From Paraspadella gotoi (Eukaryota; Animalia; Chaetognatha): a stretch of 64,000 nt of DNA. The stretch lies in NCBI GenBank assembly GCA_051294375.1, contig CM119270.1, positions 6,514,503 to 6,578,502 on the forward strand. Direction: 5' to 3'. The position numbers were made by a program, and so were the translations under genes. The stretch's first letter is position 1. Every line of letters starts with the position of its first letter. Of this stretch, positions 1 to 14,137 are shown piece by piece. The notes under the pieces are model-generated. The model was given only the letters and a program-made list of their open reading frames with translations, was not told the DNA's origin and made no database searches.

Positions 1-544
1 CGGGACGTTTTATCTCCATCTCTTTCTAATTCTCTTTACTAAAGCAGATCGGTTAATCACTCTCCCATAAGAAAAATGCGCGGAAAAATAATGGAGAAAA
101 AAAATTGAAGAAAAAACCGTCGATATCCGTTCAACATTTTTGTGAGTCTATGAATAATGTATTCAGAAGAAGGCAATTTATAAAAAGGGTTTAAGGACAA
201 AATGATTGAATCAGAAAGACGGTAAAGGTAGTGAAATTCCATCAGTGATTAGGAATGACCATTGAGAGATTTCAGGGGAGAAGAAGGTTGAGAAAATAAA
301 ACGTGATTAGTACACGTCCAGCTTGAGAGAGTGAATGGCATGCGTGAATGCAAGAGACGAGGTGAATACGTTAAAGAGTGCCCGGGGGCGGCTCGTGAAT
401 GAGGGTGGCGCGTGAAAATTTAAAAGGAAGGAAAAAAACTCGGTTATGCAAATGTCGATTATCTCACGCGCGCGGTTTTTTTCGCGAGCCCCATTTTTAC
501 GAGCAAAGCGCAGGCCTGGGCGACTGAAGACGCCAATCACACTA

Positions 545-1143
545 CATACACTTGAAAAAACAGATAAAAAACTTCCACAACAACAACTAGAGCCATCTCA
601 AGGCTCGCACTTGCCGACTCGTCACGTAACTTCACTCTGCAAGCATATAATGAGCTTTTTTATCTTTTATTCTTTAATTAATGATTCAACGCGCTTTCAG
701 AGAATTTGAAAAGGCTGAATTCGGGGACACGGAGCGCCCTATCGCGACGCATAGGGGTGTGTATCCGTCAATAGCATCGCGCTCTACAGCCTACAACCCA
801 CCATTGCCATCTCAAACTCAACCATTCCACAACCACACCACAACACCTCTCAGTTAATACTACATAACAGTTCATCCTTAACAAAAAACCGAATAAAACA
901 CATACCCTCCCACCGCTCCTCAAACTAAACGCCCGCAAAAAAAAAACGAACAGAAAAAAAACTGGCTGTTCAAACCGGAAGAACAAGGGACGGCGCGCCT
1001 GCTTTTTAAGTAATGACATAGAATGAAGCTCGGGAACCATCAGCGCGGCCATTCAAACTTGATAAAACCTTATGTTTCATCTAAAGGTCCGCTTCAGAAT
1101 TACCTCTCTCTCGCTCATCCTCTCTCTCTTCATCCTTCCTCTC

Positions 1144-1176
<33 letters not shown>

Positions 1177-1390
1177 GCTCTCGGCTCTGGCTCTGTCTCA
1201 CTCCTGCTGCACCATTCCATCCTTTTTGCCTACGCGTACGAATATGCCTCTCCCAGTGAACAAATAATGATTTTGCGTCTCTCTCTCTCTCTCGTCTCTC
1301 TCTCCTCTCGCTCTCTCTCTCCCTCTCTCTCTCTCTCTCTTCTCTTTCTCTCTCTCTCCTCTGTCNNNNNNNNNNNNNNNNNNNNNNNNN

Positions 1391-1424
<34 letters not shown>

Positions 1425-1850
1425 CTACCCTTTATGAACATAAATTTATCAAGTTTGAATCCGCTGATGACATTCATATTTCATTCTTAATGCAGCCTCC
1501 CTTTTTTCCGGTTTGAAAGCCAGTTTTTTTTTCTTTTTTTTTCGGCGTTTAGTTGAGGAAGCGGTGGAGATGTTTTTATTTTTATTTTTAAGATGAATGT
1601 TTGTAGTATTAAATGAGAGGGTGTTGTGGTTGTGGTTGTGAATGTGGTTATGGATGTGGTTGTGGTTGTAGAGCGTTATTGAGATACACCCTTCTCTCTG
1701 TCGAATTCAGCTTTTCAAAATTCTCTAAAAGCCTTGAATCTTAATTAAAAATAAAAGAAAAAAAGTCTTATATCTTAAATGAGTTGTAATGAATACTTGA
1801 GATGGCTTAGTTTTTTTAATTTTTATCTGTTTTTTCAAGTTTTGTTTGGG
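545..1850. other. Inverted duplication around a 25-N gap (probable assembly artefact)
   Basis: About 545-1365 is an insertion-rich reverse complement of 1391-1850 (e.g. CTTGAAAAAACAGATAAAAA at 550 vs TTTTTATCTGTTTTTTCAAG at 1820). Gap at 1366-1390. Confidence 0.8.
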
Positions 1851-1976
1851 CATGTATGGGTTTTCTATGGTTTTTCTTGGAAGCAGTGTTTGTTTACTTT
1901 TAATTTTTTCATTGAAGGTTTTTATTTTTCTTTAAATCTTATTATTTTTATGACGTCAATCTATACTCTCTCTCTG

Positions 1977-2028
<52 letters not shown>

Positions 2029-2227
2029 TCCCAAAATTCCTTTTTCTCCTCCTTTGTTTAGACTTAATTCCATTAAAAGCTTCAATTCTTTCGCTGACCT
2101 TAAGGCACAATTCTTTTTTTCTTTTTTTTGGGTATTTTTTTTGGTTAATTTTGGTTTTTCTTTAATATTTTTATTACATATTCCGTTGTTTTTCACTTTT
2201 TTACAAATATTTAAATATTTTTTCTTT

Positions 2228-2230
2228 TTT

Positions 2231-2307
<77 letters not shown>

Positions 2308-2335
2308 TTTCTTTCTTTCTTTCTTTATTTCTTTC
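2228..2335. repeat. (TTTC)n microsatellite
   Basis: Tetranucleotide run; a similar run lies at 9520-9750. Confidence 0.9.
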
Positions 2336-3016
2336 TTTTCTTTGCTTTTTCTCTCTTCTTTCTGTCTGTCTATCTTTTTTTCTTTCTTTATATATTTTTT
2401 AATACTTTTTTTAATTCCCCTCTTTTTTCTTTTCTTCATGTGTCCTCTTTTTTCTCTTCCACCCTTCTGATTCTTTTGTCAGACATTCCCTCGAAGGGTT
2501 TATGAATAAAATCAATCGGAATAATCTTGTTATTAAAAAAAAAAAATCATAAAAACTCAGTTTCTTTCAATGTTTATTTCTTTATCGAAATTCGTTTACT
2601 GCAACTGCATTTAGATTAAAAAAAAAACTTTTAAAAAGTAATTATAAAAATCTAACTAAAAAAAATAAAAGAAAAACAACTTAGACATTATTCGCCACAT
2701 CCGTTCTCCCCCTGAATTATTAGAGAGCAGTTTATATTCAGCGATTTCCTCCGCCTTATCGTTTCTGTTTAGAAAAGAAAAAGGGAGATTTTTTTTTCCT
2801 CTCTTCTCTTTTTCTCATTCAACTCACAAATTTTCTTCATCGGCCGTTAAAGGATAAAAAATCGTAAAATCTCGGAACGCTTTCCATTTCTNNNNNNNNN
2901 NNNNNNNNNNNNNNNNNNNNNNNNNNNNNNNNNNNNNNNNNNNNNNNNNNNNNNNNNNNNNNNNNNNNNNNNNNNNNNNNNNNNNNNNNNNNNNNNNNNN
3001 NNNNNNNNNNNNNNNN

Positions 3017-3054
<38 letters not shown>

Positions 3055-3125
3055 TCTCCAAATGTTCATTTGTCTTAGTTCGAGAAAAAACTCCTGAGTT
3101 CAAACTCGAGGTTTTTTTCTTTTTT

Positions 3126-3455
3126 CGACGTCGTCGTAGTCGTCGTCGTCGTTTTCGTTGTCGTTGTCCTTGTCGTTGTCGTCGTCGTCGTCGTCGTCAT
3201 CCTCGATATCGTCGTCGTCGTCGTCGGCGTCGTCGGCGTCGATGTCATCTTTAACTTGGGTTTCTTCGTCGTCGTCTTTTTATTCTTTCTCATTATAGTC
3301 ATCGTGTTCTTCATTTTTTTGATCTTCTTCCTCATCGTAGTCGTCGTATTCATCGTCCTCATCTTGGTTCTCCAGTTCCTCATCGTCGTCGTCATCGTCG
3401 TCTTCCTCGTCCTCAACTTCATCGTCGTCGTCGTCGTCGTCGTCGTCGTTGGTCG
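3126..3455. repeat. Degenerate (GTC)n trinucleotide region
   Basis: In-phase GTC/TTC/ATC triplets; the minus strand reads as Asp/Glu with an internal stop. Confidence 0.8.
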
Positions 3456-3815
3456 TTAGGAAGGCAACGTCGTTTGTAACCAAAAGACGAGAAACGAGTG
3501 AAGATCTTCGCTTCCGGTCGACGCCTCGACGCAGGGTTAGGTGCCGGGTTGGGCGCCGGGTTGGGCGCCGGGTTTGGGCGACCGATTTTGTGCGACCGGG
3601 TTTGGGCGGTGGGTTCGGTGCTTATTTAGTTGAGGACCTAGTTTGGGAGATACTAGGTCGCCTGCCACGTTGAGGTTTAGTGAGTTTTAGTTTTAGTTTT
3701 AGCACTTTATTCGTACGATTGGATTGCGGGCCTTGCCGGAATTTCGAGAACTTGACATGCGCTGCTCATGAATGAGTGCCAAATAGTGGGTATTTTTCAT
3801 TATTTATTTTTTTAT

Positions 3816-4425
3816 TAGTCGGATCTGCTTATCAGCAGATCCCGACTCTATAATTCACTTTGTCGGTCCGTCGGTCCGCCTCCTCAATATTGTCGGGCAC
3901 TAACTTATATCATGTCAGAACATCGAATTATGATAAATTATGCAAAAAAAAAAACGATGTCCGTCCGTCCCACCATAGCAAAAAACTCCAATAGCTCGAT
4001 ATTGGATGGATGGATTTGAATAACATTTTGTGTGTGGGTAGGGAAGTGTGTGATTGAGCTGGNNNNNNNNNNNNNNNNNNNNNNNNNNNNNNNNNNNNNN
4101 NNNNNNNNNNNNNNNNNNNNNNNNNNNNNNNNNNNNNNNNNNNNNNNNNNNNNNNNNNNNNNNNNNNNNNNNNNNNNNNNNNNNNNNNNNNNNNNNNNNN
4201 NNNNNNNNNNNNNNNNNNNNNNNNNNNNNNNNNNNNNNNNNNNNNNNNNNNTTAATCAATCAAAACAAACATTTCGGATCAAATTAATTAACTTGAATTA
4301 TTTAATTAATTAACTTGAATTAATTAATTAATTAACTTGAATTAATTAATTAATTAAATTGAATTAATTAATTAATTACCGATAATGATTGTGAGCAGAT
4401 CCGACATTGTTTGCTCAAACTTGTT
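3816..4425 (+). mobile_element. DINE-1/HINE-like non-autonomous Helentron element, subfamily A
   Basis: 5' subTIR GTCGGATCTGC with an adjacent inverted copy, core ACTCTATAATTCACTTTG, (GTCC)n, 3' subTIR GCAGATCCGAC (4395-4405), terminal hairpin GTTTGCTCAAAC, T-rich flanks. Second copy at 38.1 kb. Contains an N gap. Confidence 0.75.
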
Positions 4426-5779
4426 GTATAATGTATATCTGTTAATGTTAATTTTTTCTTCAATCACAAACTCGATGTAAACTTGAGTAAAACCAACGTA
4501 AATTTCGATCTGAGATAAAAAGTGAGATATGCAGAGTGAGAGGTAGACAAAGTGAGAGCGAGATTGCGAGTGAGACACCGTGAGACTTCGTCTTCCGTTC
4601 GACGTCTCGCGAGGCGTTGTGACGGAGACCTTCCGACAGGTGGCACCCTACTCTGGCAGGTGGAGCCTGACGCTGCTTGGCGGCGTTAAAGGTAAAGCAG
4701 AAGGGAAGGGAAGCCTTTTTTTATCTGAAGAAAATCGGGCTCTATTTTTGAAAGTCGCCTCAGTTTCGTTTCTCATCTCAAACCAATCGCTAAACGCTAT
4801 CCCTAACCTCTCTTGAATTGTTCTTTTGTTTCTAATTTCGGTTCTTTACCCTTAAATTGGCGCTGGCGATTGTTTTGATAAGAATTTTTATTTTTCATTA
4901 TCTTTATCATTTTAATATTTTTGTATTTAGCTACATCATCTTCATTTAAAAAAACAAACAAACATAATCTTTATCCCTTATCCCCAACCGTAATCCTTAA
5001 TTTGGAATCCCTAACCTTATTTCTTGACCACAAATCCTTTTCCTTAACCCCAATCCTTAAACAAACCTTTTACCAAATCTTTAATTTATTCCCTAACCTA
5101 ATATTGAAACTTTTCAATTACGAATATGAATACGAAAATAAGAGAGAGAGAGAGAAAAAGAGAGAAAGAGAGAGAAAGAGAACGTGTAAGAACTTCTCTC
5201 TATTCCAGCCCCTGAAATTTAGGGATGAAATTTGATTTCAGAAATTGAAAGTAGAGAAAATCATATCTGGGCTTTTAGCCTCAGCGGGAACTCGGAAAAT
5301 GAGAAAGAAATGAAAAGGAAGTTAAGCGAAGAATGAGGAAGAGAGAAAGAGAGATAGAAANNNNNNNNNNNNNNNNNNNNNNNNNNNNNNNNNNNNNNNN
5401 NNNNNNNNNNNNNNNNNNNNNNNNNNNNNNNNNNNNNNNNNNNNNNNNNNNNNNNNNNNNNNNNNNNNNNNNNNNNNNNNNNNNNNNNNNNNNNNNNNNN
5501 NNNNNNNNNNNNNNNNNNNNNNNNNNNNNNNNNNNNNNNNNNNNNNNNNNNNNNNNNAGGGGGAGAGAGAGAGAGAGAGCAGAGAGAGAGAGAGAGAGAG
5601 AGAGAATCTCTCTCCTTCGAGGGATAGAAACAGTTTGCCGCAAAAGGCCCGCCCGTCCCGCTGATCCAATAAACCGTTTTTCCAATTCGATCGCGGTTCA
5701 GATGGAAGAGGGGCGAGGCGGGTAAGGACTTAGGAAAGTTCTTGGGGAGGACAAACATCCAGCGAGGGTAAGGAATGGA

Positions 5780-7100
5780 GTTGGAGATCGTAGGAAAGGT
5801 CGAAGATGATTTGGAAAGTAAATTAATATGGAAATGTATATTATATATAATCCTAAAACTGGTCGAAAAAGAAAACGGAGAGAGAAGTTGAAAGGGAGAG
5901 AAAGAAAATAAAGAATGCATCAACCTTTTTTCCTGCAATTTCCTTTCTGCTTCGCTCTGAGAACCAGTCACCTCCACAACCCCATCTCTCGTACTCTTTC
6001 AACCTCACGCGCGCTAGACTCTCCCGCAGTAAACGTTCGAGAAATGGAATCTGGCATCAAAACAAAAGGAATAAAGACGACGACGACAGCGAAGATGATG
6101 ACGACAGCAAATAGCGCAATAATGACAATAACGATGGATAAAATCAGATAAGTTAGGATAGAATAGTTTTTGGACGTAACTGAAAACAATTATGGTGAAA
6201 ATCATTATCAAAACAATCGCCAGCGCCAATTCGAGCAAAGCAGGNNNNNNNNNNNNNNNNNNNNNNNNNTAGGTTGGAGAATACGTAGGGAAAGGGTCGA
6301 AGCATGGATTTTGGATAAGTAAAATTAATATTGGAAATGCTATCATTATATATAATCCTAAAACTGGTCTTGAAAAAGAAACGGAGATGAGATAGTTGTT
6401 AAAGGAGAGAAAGAACACTATTATAAGGAATGCATCAAACCTTTTATTCCCGTGCTATTTCCTTTCTCTCTTCCGCTTTCCTGACTGTAATAGCCTCAGA
6501 TTCACCTCCACACCACCCCACTCTATTCGTACTCTTTTCACACCTCACGCCGGCTTCAGATCCCTCTCCCGCTTCACGTGCAAACGTGTCGATCGATACA
6601 ATGAGTATGAATAATTTCGTCGTCATCAGACTACACAAGAATGATCATTAAAGCGACCACGACAGACCAGCGCTCGGAAATGACAACTGATGTACGACAG
6701 CACTACGCTGCTGCGCTACGCTCTACTGCTCCGAGATCTCGAGATATCTCAACATGTACCAATAACGATGGATCTCCACTGCAGAAAGTCGAATAGTCCG
6801 CTGAATCATGCTCGTAGGATTAGAGAGTAGCACGTAGTACGATTAGTTTATTTAAGATTCGACACAATGTATTGTGTGCTCGTTCACCGATGAGGATGAC
6901 GCATAGTCTGAAAACTGACAGACTCGCATGTATCACTGCGCTGCTCCGGCGTCCTAAGCCTGACAATTCTCAATTGCATCAGAAAACAATTGCGCCCACG
7001 ACAGGGCAGGACATGAACCAGCTCGATAGTCTCAAAGCAAAGCAATAAGAGGGAGCTGCGGAATCTAAGAAACAATGAGTAAGACGAACTCACCTATCCG
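5780..7100. other. Direct duplication across a 25-N gap (probable artefact)
   Basis: 5780-6244 recurs with many insertions from 6270 (e.g. TATATAATCCTAAAACTGGTC at about 5843 and 6350). The right boundary is approximate. Confidence 0.75.
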
Positions 7101-9522
7101 TCACAGACTTTATAATTGGAAGGATAAATTATCTTTTTATTCCCTTCTTGCCAATCTCTCTCTCTTCATCTCTCCTATCTCTCCTCTCTCTCTCTCTCTC
7201 TCTCTACTCTTCTCTTCTCTCTCTCTCTCTCTCTTCTCTCTCTGCTCCTACGCTGTTTTTTTTTTTTCCACGTTTGTCTTTTTAATTTATCTTTCCCTGT
7301 ATCATTTCCATAAAGCGTCGCCTTGAGTTCACTGGCGCCGAAGTTCTGACGGTCGGTAGCTGTTTTTTTTTTCTTTCTTTTTTTCTAATTCACCTCAAGA
7401 TTTACTTTTTATTTTTAATTTTAAAGGGTTTTATTTTTTTTATTGCTCTTTTTAATTTTTTTAAGTTCATCTTTGTAATATTACGCCATTATTCATTCTC
7501 GAAATTTTATTTTTAAGTAAAAGTCATTATGGTTTCTTTCTCCGCTCACAAACCGCTCGTTCTTTTCCCTCACAATCTCATTCTATTCTCGCCGCATTTT
7601 CATTCCATTCTTTTCACAGTCTCTCTTGACATCTTTCACCGTTCTCTCATTCCATTCACGATTATTTTCGCGGCATTTTTCACGAGTTGNNNNNNNNNNC
7701 TTTTCTTCGCGGTGCGTCAACGTAACTCTTTAATGGATTTTTAAAAACTATTCAAAACTACATACGATTATTTTAATCCAGCTAATGCTGACAGTGACAG
7801 TTTTGGCTTAAGTTAATATTTTACAGGGTCATATGTTGTTGATGAGAGGTTTGCCAGTGACATGTAACAAAAGAGTTTAAGCTATGTAATTTGTTGTTGT
7901 CATCTTGATAGCTATCGTCTTCCGCGATCGTCCTTATCGTCGCTGTCTTCGTCGTCTTCATTTTCGTCGTCGTTGTCCAAGCTCGATCGCTCGCCTCATC
8001 TTCGGCCATTACCCCTTTAACAGGTCAGCTCTCTGACCCCATCGCCTACTTCGGGTCACCCTTAAGACTCCACTGCGTCATTATTGCCATAAAGATGCTC
8101 TTTAAGTTGATTTGATTTCAATCAATAATTTTTTTTATGTTCATTTTGATTGTTTTAATCTTGGGTTTTTTGGATGGATACATTGACACCATTTTATAGA
8201 AGAAAAAAAATCGTGAAACTTTTTTTTTTATTCACTTTTATGCCATGTTTAAAATAAAATACGAGAATAAATAGATAGTTATAGATAGAAAAGCTAAAGC
8301 CTATTTTCGACAATCAACAAAAAAATTAAACAAATGTCGACGCATCAGCGAATAAATTTCGCTTTCGTTCACGTATTTTTTCTTTTTCTTTTTGTTTACT
8401 TTTTTTTGTTTCCATTTTTTTTCTCACGAAGGCAAATCACGAGTCCCGGTGTGAGTCTGCGAATAATAAGAACCTCATTTTCCCCTCACTTTTTTTTTCT
8501 TTGGGGCGACGAAAAAAAAATAGCGAAAAAAAAGGAAAGGTGGGGGAAACAAAACAAAAGCAAAAAAGTGAGGCAAAGCGGAGAGCGAAACGTGAAAGAA
8601 GGAGAAAAATTAAAATAATCGGCTCGAATACGAAAGTATATTCAGATGCAATGAAGATGGAACTAAACAAAAATGAAAAACTGTAATATTTGGGTGGATG
8701 TTGAAAACAAACTAAAATTTAAAATAAAACGCTTGAAAAAGAATTTAATAAATCTGACTTTTTCAAAAGTGAGATTATGAAAGAATAATAAAGAATAAAA
8801 AAAGAAATAAAAAATCGGAGACGNNNNNNNNNNNNNNNNNNNNNNNNNNNNNNNNNNNNNNNNNNGTCATAAATCTAATACAAAATGACGATGCTAATCA
8901 AATAGAGACCCCCTAGCGCCTAGCCTTCTATTTTTTTTATTCCCAGAAAGACGAAAAAAAATTCTTTAAAAATGCAAAAGCTTTTTTGTTTTGTTTTTCG
9001 TTTTCCTTTTTTTTTTCGGCGACGAAACTGAGGAGAGACGGAGGAATAAACAAGCTGGTGGCAAACAACGACAACAACAAACAACAACAACAACCGAGAT
9101 ATAAACAATCGAGATTTTTGGAAATAAAAAAGAAGAGAAATTGAAGATATTTTCTTAAGAGAAAAAGCAAAGAGGCGAAAGGAAAAAGCAAATAGGAAAA
9201 ATTTTGGAAGGAAGAAAAAAATCGTAAGAGAAGAAAAACAAACAAATAAAAACGGATAACGAAAGATAATATTTCTTCCTTCTTGCACTTTTGTCTCTCT
9301 TTTTCTCTCTCCGTCTTTTTTTCTTTATACGAATTTTTCTTTTTCTGTTTTTTTTTTATTTCAGGCTTGCTTGCTTACTTGTTCGCTTTATTTTTTTTAT
9401 TTTTTTTCTTTCTTTCTTTCTTTCTNNNNNNNNNNNNNNNNNNNNNNNNNTTTTCTTTTCTGTTTTTTTATTTCAGGCTTGTGCTTACTTGTCGCTTATT
9501 TTTTTAATTTTTTTCTTTTTTT

Positions 9523-9567
<45 letters not shown>

Positions 9568-9577
9568 TTTCTTTTTT

Positions 9578-9614
<37 letters not shown>

Positions 9615-9620
9615 TTTTTT

Positions 9621-9656
<36 letters not shown>

Positions 9657-11962
9657 TCCTTTCTTAATTTCTTTCTTTCTTTATTCTTCTCTTCTTCTTT
9701 CTTTCTTTCTTTTCTTTCTTTCTTTCTTTTCTTTCTTAATTTCTTTCTTTCTCCCCCACTCTCTTCCTCCCTCCATCCCACTTTCCCTACATCCTTCTTT
9801 TCTCCTCTCTCTCCCTCTTTCACTATCTCCCTCTCTAACTCACAAATGAGACATCACTCAAGGTCTAATGTCACTTTTCCACGATTGAGAAAGATTTTGA
9901 AGACGCGACGAGGCATTACGAGTTTTTAACCTCTTCTTTTAAACGCGTGACCCTTGAAAGTACGAACAAATTGCAAATATTACCGAAAACAATAACTTTG
10001 CAAACTTACTCGACATGACCAGTGAAAACAGTCGAGATGTTCCCGCCATCTTAGACAAAGAGGTCGATGTGAACGACGTTTGTTACGCTCTCACGCCCAA
10101 ATTGAAACGAGGTCCTGCGGTGAGAGTGAGATCCTTTCAAGACCCAGAAAAATTCTTTTTATGAAAGTGAAGAGTTTCGGAAAAATTCTGGGGTCGAAAT
10201 TCGCGCCTGTGGGAAAATCTAGGTCTTTATGAGTTTCGGCCTTGTTTGGAAAAATGTTACTAGACTGCTATAATTTAACAGTTTTTAAAGCAGTTTTATG
10301 ATAAGTGTTAGTGTTCGAAAATACAAATTTTAATCTCTTTATTTACTTACTAAGCGTTTTTAACTTTTTAAAAATGTGTCCTTTAAACGGAATGAAACAT
10401 GTTTTCATGTTTTCTGGACAACAGTGTTGGTTCTTAACGTCTATATATATTTCCCATCTTAACTATTATAATATCTAAACTGTATTCATGACTTTGAACT
10501 GCAGCCATCGTCCTCGAAAAGCGTTGAAGCGCGGAATTCGCTTTTCTCTTTTCTTCTTTGTCCTTTTTTCTTCCTTTTTTTCCTTTTCAGTTTCCTTTCT
10601 TTCCACTTTCTCTTCCTCCCCCCCCCTCTTTTGTTCTTAATTGTATTTCCTTGTCTTCCTCTTTTATGACCGAATGTCTCCCTTAAGGCGACGGTTTAAC
10701 TTTCCCCCGAAACCTTGAGAAAAGAGACTTAATAAAAATTAAGGGGAGCGGTGGAGATAGAAGGCTCGTCTCGGAAAGGAAAGTTGCGAGAAAGGCTTTT
10801 TTTAACTGAGAGTCAAAGCCTGAATTTGAACAAACTTTGTTTGTTATCTTTTTGTTTTGCAATTTTAGTTTTTTATATTAACGAAATTTTTTTACAAACT
10901 TCCTTTTCAACATGGATAATGGCGAATTTAATTTCAAATTTAAATTCAATTAAAACGACGACGATATTGGATGAGCGAAAAAAAATAATCCCACAATTTC
11001 AGGATATCTTCCAAATCGACTATTTTTTAATGAGAAAACAAGTCAAGCTGACCAATGGTCTGACTATCCGGTCAGCCTTCCTATTTTTTTTTCATTTTCA
11101 ACAAAGGCTTAAATGGAAGAATGAGAAGAATTAAGAAGAAACGAGAAGAGCTGGAGATTACGTAATNNNNNNNNNNAAATTCTATGTTAGATTATTACGT
11201 ATTCGATATTTAAGAATGGAAAGATTTTCTTTATGATNNNNNNNNNNNNNNNNNNNNNNNNNNNNNNNNNNNNNNNNNNNNNNNNNNNNNNNNNNNNNNN
11301 NNNNNNNNNNNNNNNNNNNNNNNNNNNNNNNNNNNNNNNNNNNNNNNNNNNNNNNNNNNNNNNNNNNNNNNNNNNNNNNNNNNNNNNNNNNNNNNNNNNN
11401 NNNNNNNNNNNNNNNNNNNNNNNNNNNNNNNNNNNNNNNNNNNNNNNNNNNNNNNNNNNNNNNNNNNNNNNNNNNNNNNNNNNNNNNNNNNNNNNNNNNN
11501 NNNNNNNNNNNNNNNNNNNNTATCTCGACTCTGGAGAATTTTCCTCTTCTTTTCTTTTTTTTATCTCATTTCTTGAAATTTCAAATCTTTTTTATAAATA
11601 TTTTCGTGAGGATATTTATTTAAATCGCTTGGGTTTTTTCTTTATGTTTTTAACAAAGATTAAATTCAAATCATATATGAAGCGATAAATAAACGATATT
11701 TACATCTTCAATGTTGGCTGCTGAGAGTCGAGCTTTTTGCCCAATATTTTTTTCCCCTAAAATTGAGGCAACTATTTCCTTTATTCGGTGAATTTAACCT
11801 TTTCCTTCAAACTGGCATCATAAATCAAAGCGATTTAAACTTTGGCCACCGAGAAAGTCGAAGGATATATTTGATAATCTTTGCGCCATAGATTATCTCG
11901 CTTTTCAACCCGAGATTAGCTCCGTCTCTGGCGTCGGCTCCATAAAAATCGGGATTATCACA

Positions 11963-12130
11963 CCTGCTTCATCGTTGCTTTATCTCTGCTTCATCACAAC
12001 TTCATCGCTGCTTCATCACTGCTTCTTTACTTTTTCATCTTTGCTTCATTACTGCTTCATAACTGCTTTTTTTAACTTTTTCATCTTTGCTTCATCATTG
12101 CTTCCTTACTGCTTTTTTACAGCTTCCTTA
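11963..12130. repeat. 11-bp minisatellite (CTGCTTCATCA)n-like
   Basis: TGCTTCAT recurs at an 11-bp period. Confidence 0.65.
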
Positions 12131-12740
12131 CTACCGAGGGTCAATCTCGTGGATGCTCCACCATTGCTGCAGTCTTCCTCTAAAGGCTTACTGGTATTAT
12201 TTATTTTAAAGGGACTGACTTGTTTTTTCTACATAGTTTTTCTTTTCTTTTCTTTTCTTTTCTTTTCTTTTCTTTNNNNNNNNNNNNNNNNNNNNNNNNN
12301 NNNNNNNNNNNNNNNNNNNNNNNNNNNNNNNNNNNNNNNNNNNNNNNNNNNNNNNNNNNNNNNNNNNNNNNNNNNNNNNNNNNNNNNNNNNNNNNNNNNN
12401 NNNNNNNNNNNNNNNNNNNNNNNNNNNNNNNNNNNNNNNNNNNNNNNNNNNNNNNNNNNNNNNNCCGACTGACTGACCGACTGACTGACCGACTGACTGA
12501 CCGATCGATTGACCGACCGACCGACGGACGGGACGAAAATGACAAACGACGCGACTGACAAGTTCGATGACGAATTGGCCACGTGACCCACTTGGCTCAG
12601 GAGGAAAACGAGCGGACGCGATGGCAAAAGTCGTCGTCGTTGTTGTTGTCGTTGTTGTCGTTGTCGTGGTAGTCATCGACCACTTCGTCTTTGGCGGATG
12701 ATGGGAGGCTTTCCGCAAGGAGAGACAAAAAAAGAAATAA

Positions 12741-12797
<57 letters not shown>

Positions 12798-14003
12798 GAG
12801 AGAGAATGTAACAGTATGATTGTAAATCATGAAATATTGAAATGTATTGAATGTGAATTATGACATATTATGACATAAATTGAAATTCAGTTGTTATGAA
12901 TTAAAAATAAATGAAATGTTTGCAACACGATGGAATTTACGGAAATTTCATTCCAAACAATCCTTAAATTGATAGTTATGTTTTTATCTCTCTTTATTCC
13001 CGCAAAACACTTTAATTCGGAATAACAGGTAAGAAATGAATGGAAGAGAGAGAGAGAGAGAGANNNNNNNNNNNNNNNNNNNNNNNNNNNNNNNNNNNNN
13101 NNNNNNNNNNNNNNNNNNNNNNNNNNNNNNNNNNNNNNNNNNNNNNNNNNNNNNNNNNNNNNNNNNNNNNNNNNNNNNNNNNNNNNNNNNNNNNNNNNNN
13201 NNNNNNNNNNNNNNNNNNNNNNNNNNNNNNNNNNNNNNNNNNNNNNNNNNNNNNNNNNNNNNNNNNNNNNNGAGAGAGAGCGATCGAGGACTTTTCTCCG
13301 CCTGTTGTTATCGTTATCCACGGCTCCGTCGTTTTGGTTTATGTTGTTTTTATTATGGCTGCAGTTGCAATTGCAATGTCATTCGTCTCCACGATCGTCG
13401 ATGAGGGAAAATTCCACGACGAGTTATTCTCTCTTAAATTCTTTCTCAATTTTTTTTTTTTCGTTGGGTCGACGTCCTAGTCATTCTCGTCATTGTTGCC
13501 CGTAGTGTGCTTTTGACATAGTTGTGTGGGTCGACCGCCTTTAAGGAAATGCCCGTCGGCTTTGAATCATTACAGACGCGATGTAAAAAGAATCAGCGGC
13601 ATTTTCAGACAAAACGAGGACACCAACAATTTACCAATGTAATTATAAGGAACAGACTGAAGAATTTCGCGTCTCATCAGCAGTGTTGTTTTTTTTTATT
13701 GTTGTATTTGTTGTTTATCTTTCGATTGTTTTTACAGATATTTTTTTTTTCGCTTCCTCTTCATCTTCCTCCTCTTCCGCCACCTCCTCCTCCTCCTTCT
13801 CCTCCTCCTCATCCACTTTTACGTCTCTGTGTCGATTTGGGAATTTTCGTTTGTTATGATCATTGTTCACGAAGGACTTCATCCGGCGAATTGTGGCCGA
13901 CAAACAAGACGAAACTTGGCCGCCAAACATGGCCGACGGTTGAAGCCCGACGTTTTCCATGGCAGATATCGAACGAGCATTTGGTTTATTATGTTATGCG
14001 CAA

Positions 14004-14137
<134 letters not shown>

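Noticed and set aside
3075-3483. Acidic or Thr-rich protein
   Set aside because: (GAC)n-derived; the Asp/Glu frame has an internal TAA and there is no clear splice context.
4960-5100. Telomeric repeat
   Set aside because: Only scattered CCCTAA-like hexamers, not a tandem array.
10015-10163. 49-aa ORF MTSENSRDVPAILDKEVDV...
   Set aside because: Short, no recognised homology, no partner exon found.
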